20,000 nt of DNA from an uncultured virus (IMG/VR IMGVR_UViG_3300031999_000013) (IMGVR_UViG_3300031999_000013), one strand, 5' to 3'; shown: positions 7,245-15,102, numbered from the stretch's first letter. Translations and numbers: made by a program. Notes: generated by a model from the sequence alone, not told the origin.

Positions 7245-7616
7245 GTGACAAAAGAAGTTGATCGACTGAAGGTCTATTTCCAAGAGTCGCCAGCAGACGA
7301 CGTGTACGAGCACGTCGTTGCGTGGTGCGACTCGAACGATCTTCAGGAGTTCGGCGACCGAGTGTTCAACCGGTATGCGGACAGGCGCGAGATGGTGTTC
7401 TGGCACACCCCGCACATGTATCGCGGTTGGCACTCGGGTGAGTCGCGCGTGAAGGTTATGTGTCGCGCGCGGTTCCTTGTTACGCGGGAGAAGCTGCCTG
7501 TTGCCGGCGATGCGTTCGTGAAGCAGGTTGTCTTGGAGCTGGCTCCGTCAGCGGTGAAGGAGGCGCAGCGTAAGTACTTTCCGAATGGAGGTATTGGTGG
7601 GCAAGTTTCTGGATGA
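7245..7616 (+). CDS. Hypothetical protein
   Basis: RBS GGAG before GTG. Fits the + strand operon. Confidence 0.65.
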   Translation: MTKEVDRLKVYFQESPADDVYEHVVAWCDSNDLQEFGDRVFNRYADRREMVFWHTPHMYRGWHSGESRVKVMCRARFLVTREKLPVAGDAFVKQVVLELAPSAVKEAQRKYFPNGGIGGQVSG

Positions 7617-7866
7617 GATGTCGAAGAGCGAGCGTAACGCTACGAAGCTGAAGCTGGAACGCGAGCGGCTCAGGAAGGGCATGGTTCCGCACTGGACGCG
7701 CTTCTGGAAGCTCCACTCCGGTGACGTCGGTCACGCGTACATCAACCTGTACACGGAGGCGCGCAGGATCTCCCCGTACTACACCGGGCACTACGATGGG
7801 ATCTACTACACCGTCTCAGTGCCGCTGCAGATCATCCTGATCGGGCTACTGATTTGGAGGTGGTAG
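7597..7866 (+). CDS. Hypothetical protein with C-terminal transmembrane segment
   Basis: RBS GGAGG at 7587-7591 favours GTG 7597. C-terminus YYTVSVPLQIILIGLLIWRW is hydrophobic. Confidence 0.6.
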   Translation: MGKFLDEMSKSERNATKLKLERERLRKGMVPHWTRFWKLHSGDVGHAYINLYTEARRISPYYTGHYDGIYYTVSVPLQIILIGLLIWRW

Positions 7867-8024
7867 CGCTGAACCTGATCACGGGGCAGCTCGACCCGGC
7901 CATCAAGGTCGACGCTCTCAAGACCTTCGTGATCAAGACGCAGACCCCGTGTGATCACGCATGCGAGTGGGTCGAGCCGTATGGCTGGGTTCCCGAGTGC
8001 GGATGCCCGGTTCACGATCAGTGA
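7860..8024 (+). CDS. Small Cys/His-rich protein (54 aa; below the ORF-track cutoff)
   Basis: MVALNLITGQLDPAIKVDALKTFVIKTQTPCDHACEWVEPYGWVPECGCPVHDQ. Fills the gap exactly and its stop overlaps the next start (GTGA). Confidence 0.55.
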   Translation: MVALNLITGQLDPAIKVDALKTFVIKTQTPCDHACEWVEPYGWVPECGCPVHDQ

Positions 8025-8341
8025 AGGTGCTCACCGTATGTCAGGGCGGCAACTCGCGCAGCGTGGCGCTTGGGTACGTGCTCAAGTACGGGCTGGGGCA
8101 CGACTCGATCGCCTGCAGCTGGGAGAAGAACTCGCCAGAGACGATCGCCATGCTGTGTGCGTGGGCGGACCGCGTGATCGTGGTCGAGAGCCACATGGTG
8201 GAAAAGATCCCTCAAATGTTCCACGTGAAACTATCGGTCTACGACGTTGGCCCGGATCGCTGGTTCAATGGCCTGCATCCCGAGCTGATTGAGATGTTCA
8301 GCGAGATGACCGGCAGGGATCCTTCGTGGCGACCTCATTGA
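8021..8341 (+). CDS. Low-molecular-weight phosphatase-like protein (LMW-PTP/ArsC fold)
   Basis: N-terminal KVLTVCQGGNSRS (C-X5-R-S P-loop) and LCAWADRVIVVE (WAD.I.VME motif). Start re-called at GTG 8021. Confidence 0.75.
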   Translation: MKVLTVCQGGNSRSVALGYVLKYGLGHDSIACSWEKNSPETIAMLCAWADRVIVVESHMVEKIPQMFHVKLSVYDVGPDRWFNGLHPELIEMFSEMTGRDPSWRPH

Positions 8342-8694
8342 GCGTCACAGAGCACGAGAGACGCCTGCGCCTGCTTCCCTGCGCCGTAAGCGCCATGTAC
8401 CCCGTTACGCTGCACCATTGCCACTCTGGCAGCCTGCTGAGCGCTGGCTGGCTCGTCGGTAAGGGTCAGCGTCAGAACCCCTTCCTGCAGCTTCCGTTGC
8501 ACGAGATCTACCACACCGGCAAGTTCGGCATCGACTCGGGCATGGGCGTGGTGACGTGGGAAGGGAAGTTCGCCACGCAAATGGAGCTGCTCGAATGGGT
8601 CGATGATCAGTTGGCTCGGTGGGATTCCCCCTCGATTTGGCTCCTCGCCAAGGAATGGGAATCAGTCCATCGTTCGAAGAGCATGCGGATATGA
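8326..8694 (+). CDS. Ref-like/DUF968-like HNH-type nuclease
   Basis: LPCAVS....TLHH.....G.G.R....QLPL...YHTG..GI..G...WE.KF.TQ.ELL resembles the P1 Ref (RecA-dependent nuclease) family, with some Cys ligands replaced. Confidence 0.6.
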   Translation: MATSLSVTEHERRLRLLPCAVSAMYPVTLHHCHSGSLLSAGWLVGKGQRQNPFLQLPLHEIYHTGKFGIDSGMGVVTWEGKFATQMELLEWVDDQLARWDSPSIWLLAKEWESVHRSKSMRI

Positions 8695-9038
8695 CCAAGT
8701 ACCACGCGATCCAAACGACCGTCGACGGCATCGTGTTCGCCTCCAAGGCGGAGGCGCGCCGTTACGGCGAACTGAAGCTGCTTGAGCGCGCGGGCGAAGT
8801 CACCGGACTCCAGTTACAACCGCGGTTCGATCTCGCGTGCGGGGGTAGGCCTTTGCTGATCCGCTCGGCCGGCTTCCCGAAGGGGCGCGCCAGCTACTAC
8901 CTCGCGGACTTCGAGTACTACGAGCGCGACGGTACGCGGGTGATCGAGGACGTGAAGGGGATGGATACGCCGGTCTCGCGCCTGAAGCGCGCGGTCGTCG
9001 AGGCTGAATATGGATTGCGGATCACGCTCGTGCGATGA
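8691..9038 (+). CDS. DUF1064 family PD-(D/E)XK endonuclease
   Basis: MTKYHA..T.VDGI.FASKAEA.RY.EL.LL..AG....L.LQP.F.L...Y.ADF.Y...VIEDVKG. Start ATG 8691 (ATGA overlap). Confidence 0.88.
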   Translation: MTKYHAIQTTVDGIVFASKAEARRYGELKLLERAGEVTGLQLQPRFDLACGGRPLLIRSAGFPKGRASYYLADFEYYERDGTRVIEDVKGMDTPVSRLKRAVVEAEYGLRITLVR

Positions 9039-9084
9039 TCGCTCTCGGGGTGTCCCCCACCCCTGTCTCGTGTGTGAGAGGGAA

Positions 9085-9104
9085 GGGCCAGCGGATGCTG
9101 GCCC
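9085..9104. terminator. GC-rich hairpin at the convergence of the two transcription blocks
   Basis: GGGCCAGC-GGAT-GCTGGCCC, a perfect 8 bp stem with no strong U-tract on either strand. Confidence 0.5.
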
Positions 9105-9113
9105 GACCTCGCC

Positions 9114-9344
9114 TCAGCGTGCGGCCTTCGAGGCGCGACAATCCGGCAAGATCACCTTCACCTGAATGACCGTCTCGCGCTCGTCGTGATTCTCCATGTG
9201 CGTCTTGCGCCACGCCAAGTGCGCCGCAGCCACCGATCGATCGCGGAAGGTAAGCGGAGCGCTGCACTTGCCGCGATCCATACTCACCTTCTCGGACACG
9301 AAGACGTCGTCATGCACATGGATCATGTAGGTGCGCAGCATCAT
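9114..9344 (-). CDS. Hypothetical protein
   Basis: MMLRTYMIHVHDD..., RBS GAGGA, ATGA overlap. Start re-called. Confidence 0.55.
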   Translation of the reverse strand: MMLRTYMIHVHDDVFVSEKVSMDRGKCSAPLTFRDRSVAAAHLAWRKTHMENHDERETVIQVKVILPDCRASKAAR

Positions 9345-9604
9345 GACAGCATCCTCGTGACGGCAGCGCCCAGTAGCGCGCCAGATAGAAACCAGAACCA
9401 CCCCGGCGTGACCTTCGACCGCCACTCGGCCCGACGTTCTCGCGCCATGTCGCGCTCGATCGCCGCCACGACCTTGCGTGGATCCGCCCAGCCGTAGCTG
9501 TAGCCGACTGTGTGCTGTGCCTCCAGATCCGCTTTCGCCATCGCCTCGTCGAAGCGCTTCTTGAACAAGAATGCGTCCGATCGGTGCTTGCTTGGGTAGG
9601 TCAT
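9341..9604 (-). CDS. Hypothetical protein with C-terminal transmembrane helix
   Basis: MTYPSKH...WFWFLSGALLGAAVTRMLS, RBS GGAGG, ATGA overlap. Confidence 0.65.
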   Translation of the reverse strand: MTYPSKHRSDAFLFKKRFDEAMAKADLEAQHTVGYSYGWADPRKVVAAIERDMARERRAEWRSKVTPGWFWFLSGALLGAAVTRMLS

Positions 9605-9801
9605 AGCCGACCTCCGATCGACATACGCGCGCCGATGCGCTCCTTCAGAAACTGGATGAGGCTCACCAGCACGTCCGGTTCGAGCACGACGCGGTTGGTC
9701 GTGCCAAGCCCGTTGCTGGTGAAGATCACGACTCTGTCGTCGTCCATGCGAACGTACGCGCCGTCGCCGATGTACTTCGCGCCGTGTAGGTCCGGATTCA
9801 T
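9601..9801 (-). CDS. Conserved phage hypothetical protein
   Basis: MNPDLHGAKYIGDGAYV...TSNG...N.VVLEP.V, RBS GGAGG, ATGA overlap. Confidence 0.7.
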   Translation of the reverse strand: MNPDLHGAKYIGDGAYVRMDDDRVVIFTSNGLGTTNRVVLEPDVLVSLIQFLKERIGARMSIGGRL

Positions 9802-10010
9802 TCTGCAAGTCCTCCCATGTTGAGCGGGCACATGTAGCCCTCGTCGACGATCGTCACCGACCCGTCTGTGTAGTAGCAGTAGCGCAGCCCGTCACGCACC
9901 TCATCGCCCGTCAGGTACGGGCCATTGGCGCGGACGTGGGTCGCAATCACGACCATGAACACGACGGTCACGATCAGCGCAAATTGAACCCCTCTGTTCG
10001 ATCGTTTCAT
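9798..10010 (-). CDS. Small exported or membrane-anchored protein
   Basis: MKRSNRGVQFALIVTVVFMVVIATHVRA signal/TM segment followed by a CYY.DG...CP two-Cys domain. RBS GAGGA. Confidence 0.65.
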   Translation of the reverse strand: MKRSNRGVQFALIVTVVFMVVIATHVRANGPYLTGDEVRDGLRYCYYTDGSVTIVDEGYMCPLNMGGLAE

Positions 10011-10234
10011 TCGTCTATCCTCTTCGAGAGAGCCGGGTTGAAGCCGCCGAACGAATCGAAGCGCGCCTTGAAGCGCTCGAAGTACGGGAGGGTGCGATCG
10101 AAGTACGGATGCCCCGGAGGGGCATACCGCCACAGTCGAGCCATCTCCTCGTGGGTGAGCGCATCGATCGCAGCGAGCGCCGCGCTCTCGTCCACGGGCT
10201 TGGGATGAACGCGATCTTTTGAATGCGTGCTCAT
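10007..10234 (-). CDS. Conserved phage hypothetical protein
   Basis: ID.L..EEMARLWRYAP.GHPYF...GGF.P.LSK.I, RBS GGAGG, ATGA overlap. Confidence 0.7.
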   Translation of the reverse strand: MSTHSKDRVHPKPVDESAALAAIDALTHEEMARLWRYAPPGHPYFDRTLPYFERFKARFDSFGGFNPALSKRIDE

Positions 10235-10482
10235 GTGGCCTCCGCGGCAACGCCGGGACGTCGCTCCTTCTCGTTGGCAAAGGCAACCGCCATCGAGATC
10301 GATGTGTGCAGCGCCTTCGCCTGCTCCAGCGTCATTCGGTGGTACGTGTCCCCGCAGCCCTCGCCAATGTCGCACACCGTCAAAACGTATGGACGCCGGG
10401 CGCACATCTCAAGGTACTCGGGTGCCTTCCCCTGCGGTGCCGGGTTGAACGCAACGTTGACCCGCTTTACTTGGTTGCTCAT
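10231..10482 (-). CDS. Hypothetical protein
   Basis: MSNQVKRVNVAF..., RBS GGAAGG, ATGA overlap. Confidence 0.6.
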   Translation of the reverse strand: MSNQVKRVNVAFNPAPQGKAPEYLEMCARRPYVLTVCDIGEGCGDTYHRMTLEQAKALHTSISMAVAFANEKERRPGVAAEAT

Positions 10483-10820
10483 GATGCCTTCCGTGTGTGT
10501 TGGTTGTGGTGGGCAACGAATGCCATCGGGGTCGCGAACACCTTCACCGGATCCTTCGGTAGGTTCAGGTTGGGTGGGTCGCAACGCTTGATCACGTTGG
10601 CTCGGTAGATCGCCATCCCGGCGCACTGCGTCCCTCGAATGCAGTGGCAGTCGACTACGTGATCGCTGTGCGCCAGCTGCACGTACTCGTCAGGTGTTGC
10701 GCCACCGAGCCACCCCGGCAGCGCAGTTGTCGCCATCGGGCAGTCGCTGCACGGTTGAGTGTGCTGCGCCTTGCCGTCGACCGCCTCCTCGCTGGAGATC
10801 AGTTGCTTACGTCGCTTCAT
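10479..10820 (-). CDS. Cys/His-rich metal-binding protein (DUF6283-like)
   Basis: PCSDCP.....PGWLG...DCH....QCAG. RBS GGAGG. Confidence 0.65.
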   Translation of the reverse strand: MKRRKQLISSEEAVDGKAQHTQPCSDCPMATTALPGWLGGATPDEYVQLAHSDHVVDCHCIRGTQCAGMAIYRANVIKRCDPPNLNLPKDPVKVFATPMAFVAHHNQHTRKAS

Positions 10821-10980
10821 GGTCGCCCTCCGGCACCGTACTCAAGGGAAGCTTCGTGGTGCGCTCTCGCGTCTGACGGTCGAGCACATCACGCAGCAGA
10901 CGCTCGCGGTCCTTGACCTCGTACGGATCGAGCGCCCAATAGATCACGAGCTTGGTCATCGTCTCCTGCTCGTAGCTCAT
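10807..10980 (-). CDS. Hypothetical protein
   Basis: MSYEQETMTKLVIYWALDP..., ATGA overlap with the upstream gene. Confidence 0.5.
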   Translation of the reverse strand: MSYEQETMTKLVIYWALDPYEVKDRERLLRDVLDRQTRERTTKLPLSTVPEGDHEAT

Positions 10981-11345
10981 GTTGACGCTACCTGATTCGC
11001 TCGGGCTCGCATCCGGTCGAACTCCTTGTCGATGTCGTTGCCCCTCCAGTGGTTGACCAAAGTGGAGGCGTCGGCGAGAGCCCAGCTTAGGTTCCTGAGA
11101 ACCAAGACGTTGTCGGCATCCTTTTCCACGCCGCCGCTCGACCATGCCCCATAGGGTGCGTCACCCGTCTCCCAGCGGACGGTGACGGAGTTCGACCAGC
11201 ACCCCTTCACGGCGTAGGTGGCGGTCATCCTTGTCTGCATGATGCGGTCGGTATCCTCGTCTCGCATGCGGCTGCCATTGAACGTGACCGTGCAGCCACG
11301 GCAGTCAACGGTCTCGGCGAAGTGCTCGCTTTTGATTCCTCGCAT
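10977..11345 (-). CDS. Hypothetical protein
   Basis: MRGIKSEHFAETV..., RBS AGGGG. Start re-called at ATG 11345. Confidence 0.65.
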   Translation of the reverse strand: MRGIKSEHFAETVDCRGCTVTFNGSRMRDEDTDRIMQTRMTATYAVKGCWSNSVTVRWETGDAPYGAWSSGGVEKDADNVLVLRNLSWALADASTLVNHWRGNDIDKEFDRMRARANQVAST

Positions 11346-11346
11346 G

Positions 11347-11565
11347 TCATACCCCTGTGTATTCGATGGTGATCGCGCCGCCAGCATCGGATGAAACGCC
11401 GCCTTTGCTGCGCATCGCCTTAGCCCCGTGACTGGTCACGAATTTGTTGAAGTCGACCTCGACTGTGAAGTAGCGGTCGGCCCCGTCAATGCTGCGCACG
11501 ATGTCCACAGACATGAACGCCTGTGACTCCGTGAACTTTTGCGTATGAACCTTCGGTGCTGCCAT
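11347..11565 (-). CDS. Hypothetical protein
   Basis: RBS GAGGGG preceded by ACACAC. ATG start. Confidence 0.65.
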   Translation of the reverse strand: MAAPKVHTQKFTESQAFMSVDIVRSIDGADRYFTVEVDFNKFVTSHGAKAMRSKGGVSSDAGGAITIEYTGV

Positions 11566-11597
11566 GTAAATCCCCTCGTGTGTAGTGGGTAGAAGGT

Positions 11598-11625
11598 GGG
11601 TGGGAGCACATCCATGCCCCCACCC
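11598..11625 (-). terminator. Hairpin after the DUF932 gene (terminator or mRNA-stabilising stem)
   Basis: Minus strand GGGTGGGGGCA-TGGATG-TGCTCCCACCC is an 11 bp stem with one G-U pair. The U-tract is poor. Confidence 0.4.
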
Positions 11626-11635
11626 TCCGGCCGGA

Positions 11636-12817
11636 TCAGGCGGCGACCGCCACCCGATTCCAGTTTTTCAGTTCCATCGACAGGATCTTCCCGCCGATAT
11701 CTTCAAGCTCGCACGCTCTTTCGTACGAGACTTCCTCGCGGTTCGCCACCTCGGTGATGGCATTCAACATGCCCCACTGCGAGTAGTCGCCATCGCGGAT
11801 CAGCGATTCGAGAGCGAACTTCTTCTCGGTGTCGCGCAGCTGCACTTCCTTGGCGAGGACGTCGATCGCTTTGAACGGATCAGCGATCAGCGTGCCGTTT
11901 TTCAAGGCCCGCAGCTTGTCGCCCATCTTCTGGGCATACGACACACTGGAGAGCATGGTGAGCACATCCGTCAGCTCCGCCACGATCACTTCCGACTGCT
12001 TGCGCCGAGTGACGTCGGAGAACTCCAGCTCACCGGACTCAAGCTTGCCGCCGACATGGTTGCGGGAGTAGCTGAACATCTCGTCACGCCCCCAAACGCA
12101 GCCGTTGTCGCAAAAGGCTCTCCAGAAGAAGCCTTCGATTTTCATCGCACCGTGCCCCGTCTCGCTGTTCGAGAAGATCGCACCGGGACGGACCGTGTCC
12201 CGACCGTTGGTCGTTTCGAGCCCAGCGATCCGCTGGTGATTCGCATCCACGCTGCCGCCCCATCCATGTGCCGCATCCTTGCCGTGCGGCGTTGCGCCGA
12301 TGTCCTGAGCCAGCCGGTCGTCAGTGAACAACACCTTCAGGTGCATGTTGTTTTCGCCGACGTTCGAGCTGATCAGTCGCGACTTGATGTCGCCCTTCAC
12401 GATCGGGGGCAGCACCTGCTCCAGAACCTCGACGTTGTCCAAGGGTCGGAACCGGTTCGACAGAAAGGCTCGCGCCTTGCCATCCAACGTTCGCATCAAC
12501 CGCACCTCGGGTTCACGTTCGAACAGCGCATTCACCTGATGCATCACCAAGTCGCGGTGATCCGTCAGGAGACGGTCGAAGTAGGTCCAAGGGATGTTCA
12601 AGCGACCGGCAATCTGCCGAAAGCAGTTGTCGGTGATCGAGAAGCGCTCCAGCTCCGCGCCGCCTTCCTTGTGCAGGATCAGCGCAACGCCACGATCGAA
12701 GCCTTCCATCGGCACCATTCGAAGCGCCTCCTTCGTGGACGCAACGAAGTCGCGCTTCGTCGTGGACTGGCGCTGCACTTCGATCAACAGGTCGTTCAGG
12801 TTCATTCCGGCTTTCAT
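11636..12817 (-). CDS. DUF932 family protein
   Basis: QIAGRL.IP..YFDR, RTLDGKARAFLSNRFRPLDN..VL..VLP, G..FSNSETG.G......FWR..C.NG. RBS GAGGA. Confidence 0.82.
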   Translation of the reverse strand: MKAGMNLNDLLIEVQRQSTTKRDFVASTKEALRMVPMEGFDRGVALILHKEGGAELERFSITDNCFRQIAGRLNIPWTYFDRLLTDHRDLVMHQVNALFEREPEVRLMRTLDGKARAFLSNRFRPLDNVEVLEQVLPPIVKGDIKSRLISSNVGENNMHLKVLFTDDRLAQDIGATPHGKDAAHGWGGSVDANHQRIAGLETTNGRDTVRPGAIFSNSETGHGAMKIEGFFWRAFCDNGCVWGRDEMFSYSRNHVGGKLESGELEFSDVTRRKQSEVIVAELTDVLTMLSSVSYAQKMGDKLRALKNGTLIADPFKAIDVLAKEVQLRDTEKKFALESLIRDGDYSQWGMLNAITEVANREEVSYERACELEDIGGKILSMELKNWNRVAVAA

Positions 12818-12865
12818 GTGTGAATCCTCGTGTGTTTAAGTGAGCCGCTTTCTGGCAGCCCAATC

Positions 12866-12895
12866 ATCATGGCCGCCAATGGTTGCTGTCGTCAA
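12866..12895 (-). promoter_or_regulatory. sigma70-like promoter with conserved spacer box (copy 1)
   Basis: TTGACG-18nt-CATGAT on the minus strand. Box GGCCGCCAATGGTTGC at 12871-12886, with an AT-rich upstream element. Confidence 0.7.
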
Positions 12896-12909
12896 GTGAA
12901 TTTATTTCA

Positions 12910-13128
12910 TCACCTTGTGATGGTTTTTTTCTTCCTCCCTTTGAGAGCAGTTCGCATGAGCACGATTCGGAACTCGGGCACGGTGCGGAATTGCGGGTTG
13001 GGTTTGCCTTTGCGCTTTTTGGGCGCTAGGTATCGGTCGACCGTGGTGTCCGCCACCATCATCAGTCGCGCGGTTTGCGATCGGGAGAGACCGTTCTCGA
13101 CCATCAGCTCCCGTAGGGTTTCGTTCAC
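12910..13128 (-). CDS. Small HTH DNA-binding protein
   Basis: LRELMVENGLSRSQTARLMMVADTTVDRYL HTH pattern with a very basic C-terminus. RBS AGGAG. Confidence 0.75.
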   Translation of the reverse strand: MNETLRELMVENGLSRSQTARLMMVADTTVDRYLAPKKRKGKPNPQFRTVPEFRIVLMRTALKGRKKKTITR

Positions 13129-13361
13129 TTCAATTCTCCTTGTCGGTTCAGGTTGTCGAATCCACTGACCGCAGCGGCCATCGCCACGGACAGGTATTGC
13201 AGCCGGCCGAACTGGTGAGCCAGTTCCTCCGGAACATTGATTGCAGCCCGCTCGATGCCGCCATTGGCGGCGGCAAGGCGGACCAGTTCTTCTTTGGCGG
13301 AGACTATCTCCGCCACCAGCGTTACAACGCGGTGCGCCGCCAGTGCAACTTGTGTGCTCAT
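13125..13361 (-). CDS. Hypothetical helical protein
   Basis: MSTQVALAAHRVV..., RBS GGAG, ATGA overlap. Confidence 0.6.
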   Translation of the reverse strand: MSTQVALAAHRVVTLVAEIVSAKEELVRLAAANGGIERAAINVPEELAHQFGRLQYLSVAMAAAVSGFDNLNRQGELK

Positions 13362-13651
13362 CGTACGGATCTCCATGCTCGTTTGATCACCGGTTGAATT
13401 CGGTCGAGGCTTTCCCTCATGTGCTTCGCACTTGTCTCGGCCGATCGCTTCGGACCGCTGCCCTTCGCTTCGACAGCTTGCTTGCTGTACTCAGCCTGCA
13501 ACTCCTGCGTTACGTTGCGCCGAGTGATGACCTTGTCCCATTGGTCTTGAGTAAACTCAACGAGGACCATCTCGTCAGGCATGCCGGCCAGCACCTCGCG
13601 CAGTTCCAGAAACGACGCCTCGGCCATGATGACCATTTTTCTTTCGCTCAT
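13358..13651 (-). CDS. Hypothetical protein
   Basis: ATGA overlaps at both ends. Confidence 0.6.
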   Translation of the reverse strand: MSERKMVIMAEASFLELREVLAGMPDEMVLVEFTQDQWDKVITRRNVTQELQAEYSKQAVEAKGSGPKRSAETSAKHMRESLDRIQPVIKRAWRSVR

Positions 13652-14067
13652 CGGTAGAGCCCCCCATTGCCGCTGCCGTAAAACCCTTTGCAGTCTGGGC
13701 AGTACTTCGAGTTGCCCTGAAGCCCCGCGTTATGCAACGGGCACAGCTGGTACTCGACCGTGATCCGATACGTGTTTCGCGGCACGGCTCTCGGGTTGGG
13801 ACGATCGATCTGATGAATCGCTTCGCGAAGAACGGATTGCTGCCACCCCTCGACGTTGCCCATCATCCGAACCATTGCCAGAAGCCGGTCGACCGAAGAC
13901 TGGTGGCTCTCCAGCCACTCCTCGCGGTTGATCTCGTCTGTAACTCGCTCCGCCACCGTGCCCTGACGGTAGTCCATCAGCGACAGCCCATAGCAGCGGA
14001 TCGGCCATTGATCCCGTTCGGCCTGAACCATTGGCTCGGCGTCGGGGAAGGTGATTTCGTAGGCCAT
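13648..14067 (-). CDS. Hypothetical protein with C-terminal Zn-finger-like motif
   Basis: MAYEITFPDAEP... follows RBS GAGGGG. C-terminal CPLH...CPDC. Confidence 0.65.
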   Translation of the reverse strand: MAYEITFPDAEPMVQAERDQWPIRCYGLSLMDYRQGTVAERVTDEINREEWLESHQSSVDRLLAMVRMMGNVEGWQQSVLREAIHQIDRPNPRAVPRNTYRITVEYQLCPLHNAGLQGNSKYCPDCKGFYGSGNGGLYR

Positions 14068-14098
14068 TTCAAACCCCTCGTGTGTGTGCATCACTTTC

Positions 14099-14128
14099 AG
14101 TTGGCAACCATCGGCGGCCAGCTGTCAA
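14099..14128 (-). promoter_or_regulatory. sigma70-like promoter with the spacer box in inverted orientation (copy 2)
   Basis: Perfect -35 TTGACA (14123-14128) with an upstream A-tract. Box GGCAACCATCGGCGGCC at 14103-14119 is the reverse complement of the consensus with 1 mismatch. The -10 is weak. Confidence 0.6.
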
Positions 14129-14322
14129 CAACTATTTTTTGACCGTAGGTCAGACTTCGCCTGTGATGGAAGAACGAGCGCACCATCCGGCATCGTGACG
14201 AAGCGAAACACCCTGACTCGATGTCGAGTCACCTTGGTGCCATCCGCTTTGCGGCATGGTTCTCCGGTTGGTGCCCGGCAGTGCGGATTTGGGCATAAGT
14301 AGAAGTCGTCCCAGTCGATCAT
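14125..14322 (-). CDS. Small Zn-finger protein
   Basis: MIDWDDFYLCPNPHCRAPTGEPCRKADG....H..R (CP..C.A..G.PC...H), RBS GGAG, TGATG overlap. Confidence 0.65.
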   Translation of the reverse strand: MIDWDDFYLCPNPHCRAPTGEPCRKADGTKVTRHRVRVFRFVTMPDGALVLPSQAKSDLRSKNSC

Positions 14323-14465
14323 CACCGGACTCCAGTTGGCAAAAGGGACCAAGCCATAGCTTGGCTCAACTCCCGCACCGTGAATGCGGATTGGTGGAAG
14401 CGACCGTGATGCCACGTGAAGGAAACGCGGCCCCAGCGGTCGACATGACGAGTGATGTTGATCAT
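14322..14465 (-). CDS. Small hypothetical protein (47 aa)
   Basis: MINITRHVDRWGRVSFTWHHGRFHQSAFTVRELSQAMAWSLLPTGVR, coupled by overlaps at both ends. Confidence 0.5.
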   Translation of the reverse strand: MINITRHVDRWGRVSFTWHHGRFHQSAFTVRELSQAMAWSLLPTGVR

Positions 14466-14902
14466 CGTTGTGCTTGCAATGCTTCGCGGCGGTTGGCATC
14501 TGCCGCGAGCACCCGCTTTGTTTCGTTCGCCTGTTCCTGATCAATGAACTCTTGCAGAGTTCCCCGAAACACCAGCTCGGTATCGAGCAACCTATCCCCG
14601 GTGACCATCTCGGCTTTCACGAGAATTTCAAACGGTCCGAACCGGTAATCACCGGTCGTGGATATCGTGTACTGATATGCTCGGTCCGTGTGGAACTCGT
14701 GTGACTTCGTCAGTTCGGCCCCGTCGTTCGCCTTAATGAAGTCGTCAGCGAAGCTGGCATTCGTTCCGCGGTGCGGCGAAGTCCGATGCTCCAATGCCTT
14801 TTTGAGGTACTGAGACGCCCCGAAGGGGTAGCCGTCACAGTGGATGTACATCGTGACTCGGAAGTCATCGTGCAAAAATCGGTAGGTGGCTCTCGTGCTC
14901 AT
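14462..14902 (-). CDS. Conserved phage hypothetical protein (MSTR...Y.H.DGYP family)
   Basis: MSTRATYRF...MYIHCDGYPFG...Y.Y.I. RBS GGAG. Confidence 0.75.
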   Translation of the reverse strand: MSTRATYRFLHDDFRVTMYIHCDGYPFGASQYLKKALEHRTSPHRGTNASFADDFIKANDGAELTKSHEFHTDRAYQYTISTTGDYRFGPFEILVKAEMVTGDRLLDTELVFRGTLQEFIDQEQANETKRVLAADANRREALQAQR

Positions 14903-14946
14903 GTCATCGTGCTCCAGTTGTGTGATGATGCGTTGGCATCCAAGAA

Positions 14947-14963
14947 CCCTCTCTTCGAGAGGG
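14947..14963 (-). terminator. Intergenic hairpin, possible weak terminator
   Basis: CCCTCTC-GAA-GAGAGGG followed by TTCTT on the minus strand. Confidence 0.4.
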
Positions 14964-14973
14964 CTCGGGGATA

Positions 14974-15102
14974 TCAGCGGTCCGATTGATACTCGGACAG
15001 TTCAAGCTCTCTCTTGAGAGCTTCGCGCTCCTCGTCGTCGTCGCACTCGGCGATCGATCGGCGAAGCCGTTCAAGGTAGAGTCGGATCTCGGTTTGCGTC
15101 AT
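14974..15102 (-). CDS. Small acidic helical protein (42 aa)
   Basis: MTQTEIRLYLERLRRSIAECDDDEEREALKRELELSEYQSDR, RBS GAGG, ATGA overlap. Confidence 0.55.
   Translation of the reverse strand: MTQTEIRLYLERLRRSIAECDDDEEREALKRELELSEYQSDR

Noticed and set aside
6792..7433. 213 aa minus-strand ORF
   Set aside because: Overlaps three RBS-supported + strand genes and has no motifs.
11585..12823. 412 aa plus-strand ORF
   Set aside because: Antisense shadow of the DUF932 gene with no RBS or recognisable domain.
13257..13271. Palindrome GCCGCCATTGGCGGC sharing CCATTGGCGGC with the promoter box
   Set aside because: It lies within coding sequence (Ala-Ala-Asn-Gly-Gly), has no adjacent -35 and lacks the GGTTGC half. 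Probably chance.
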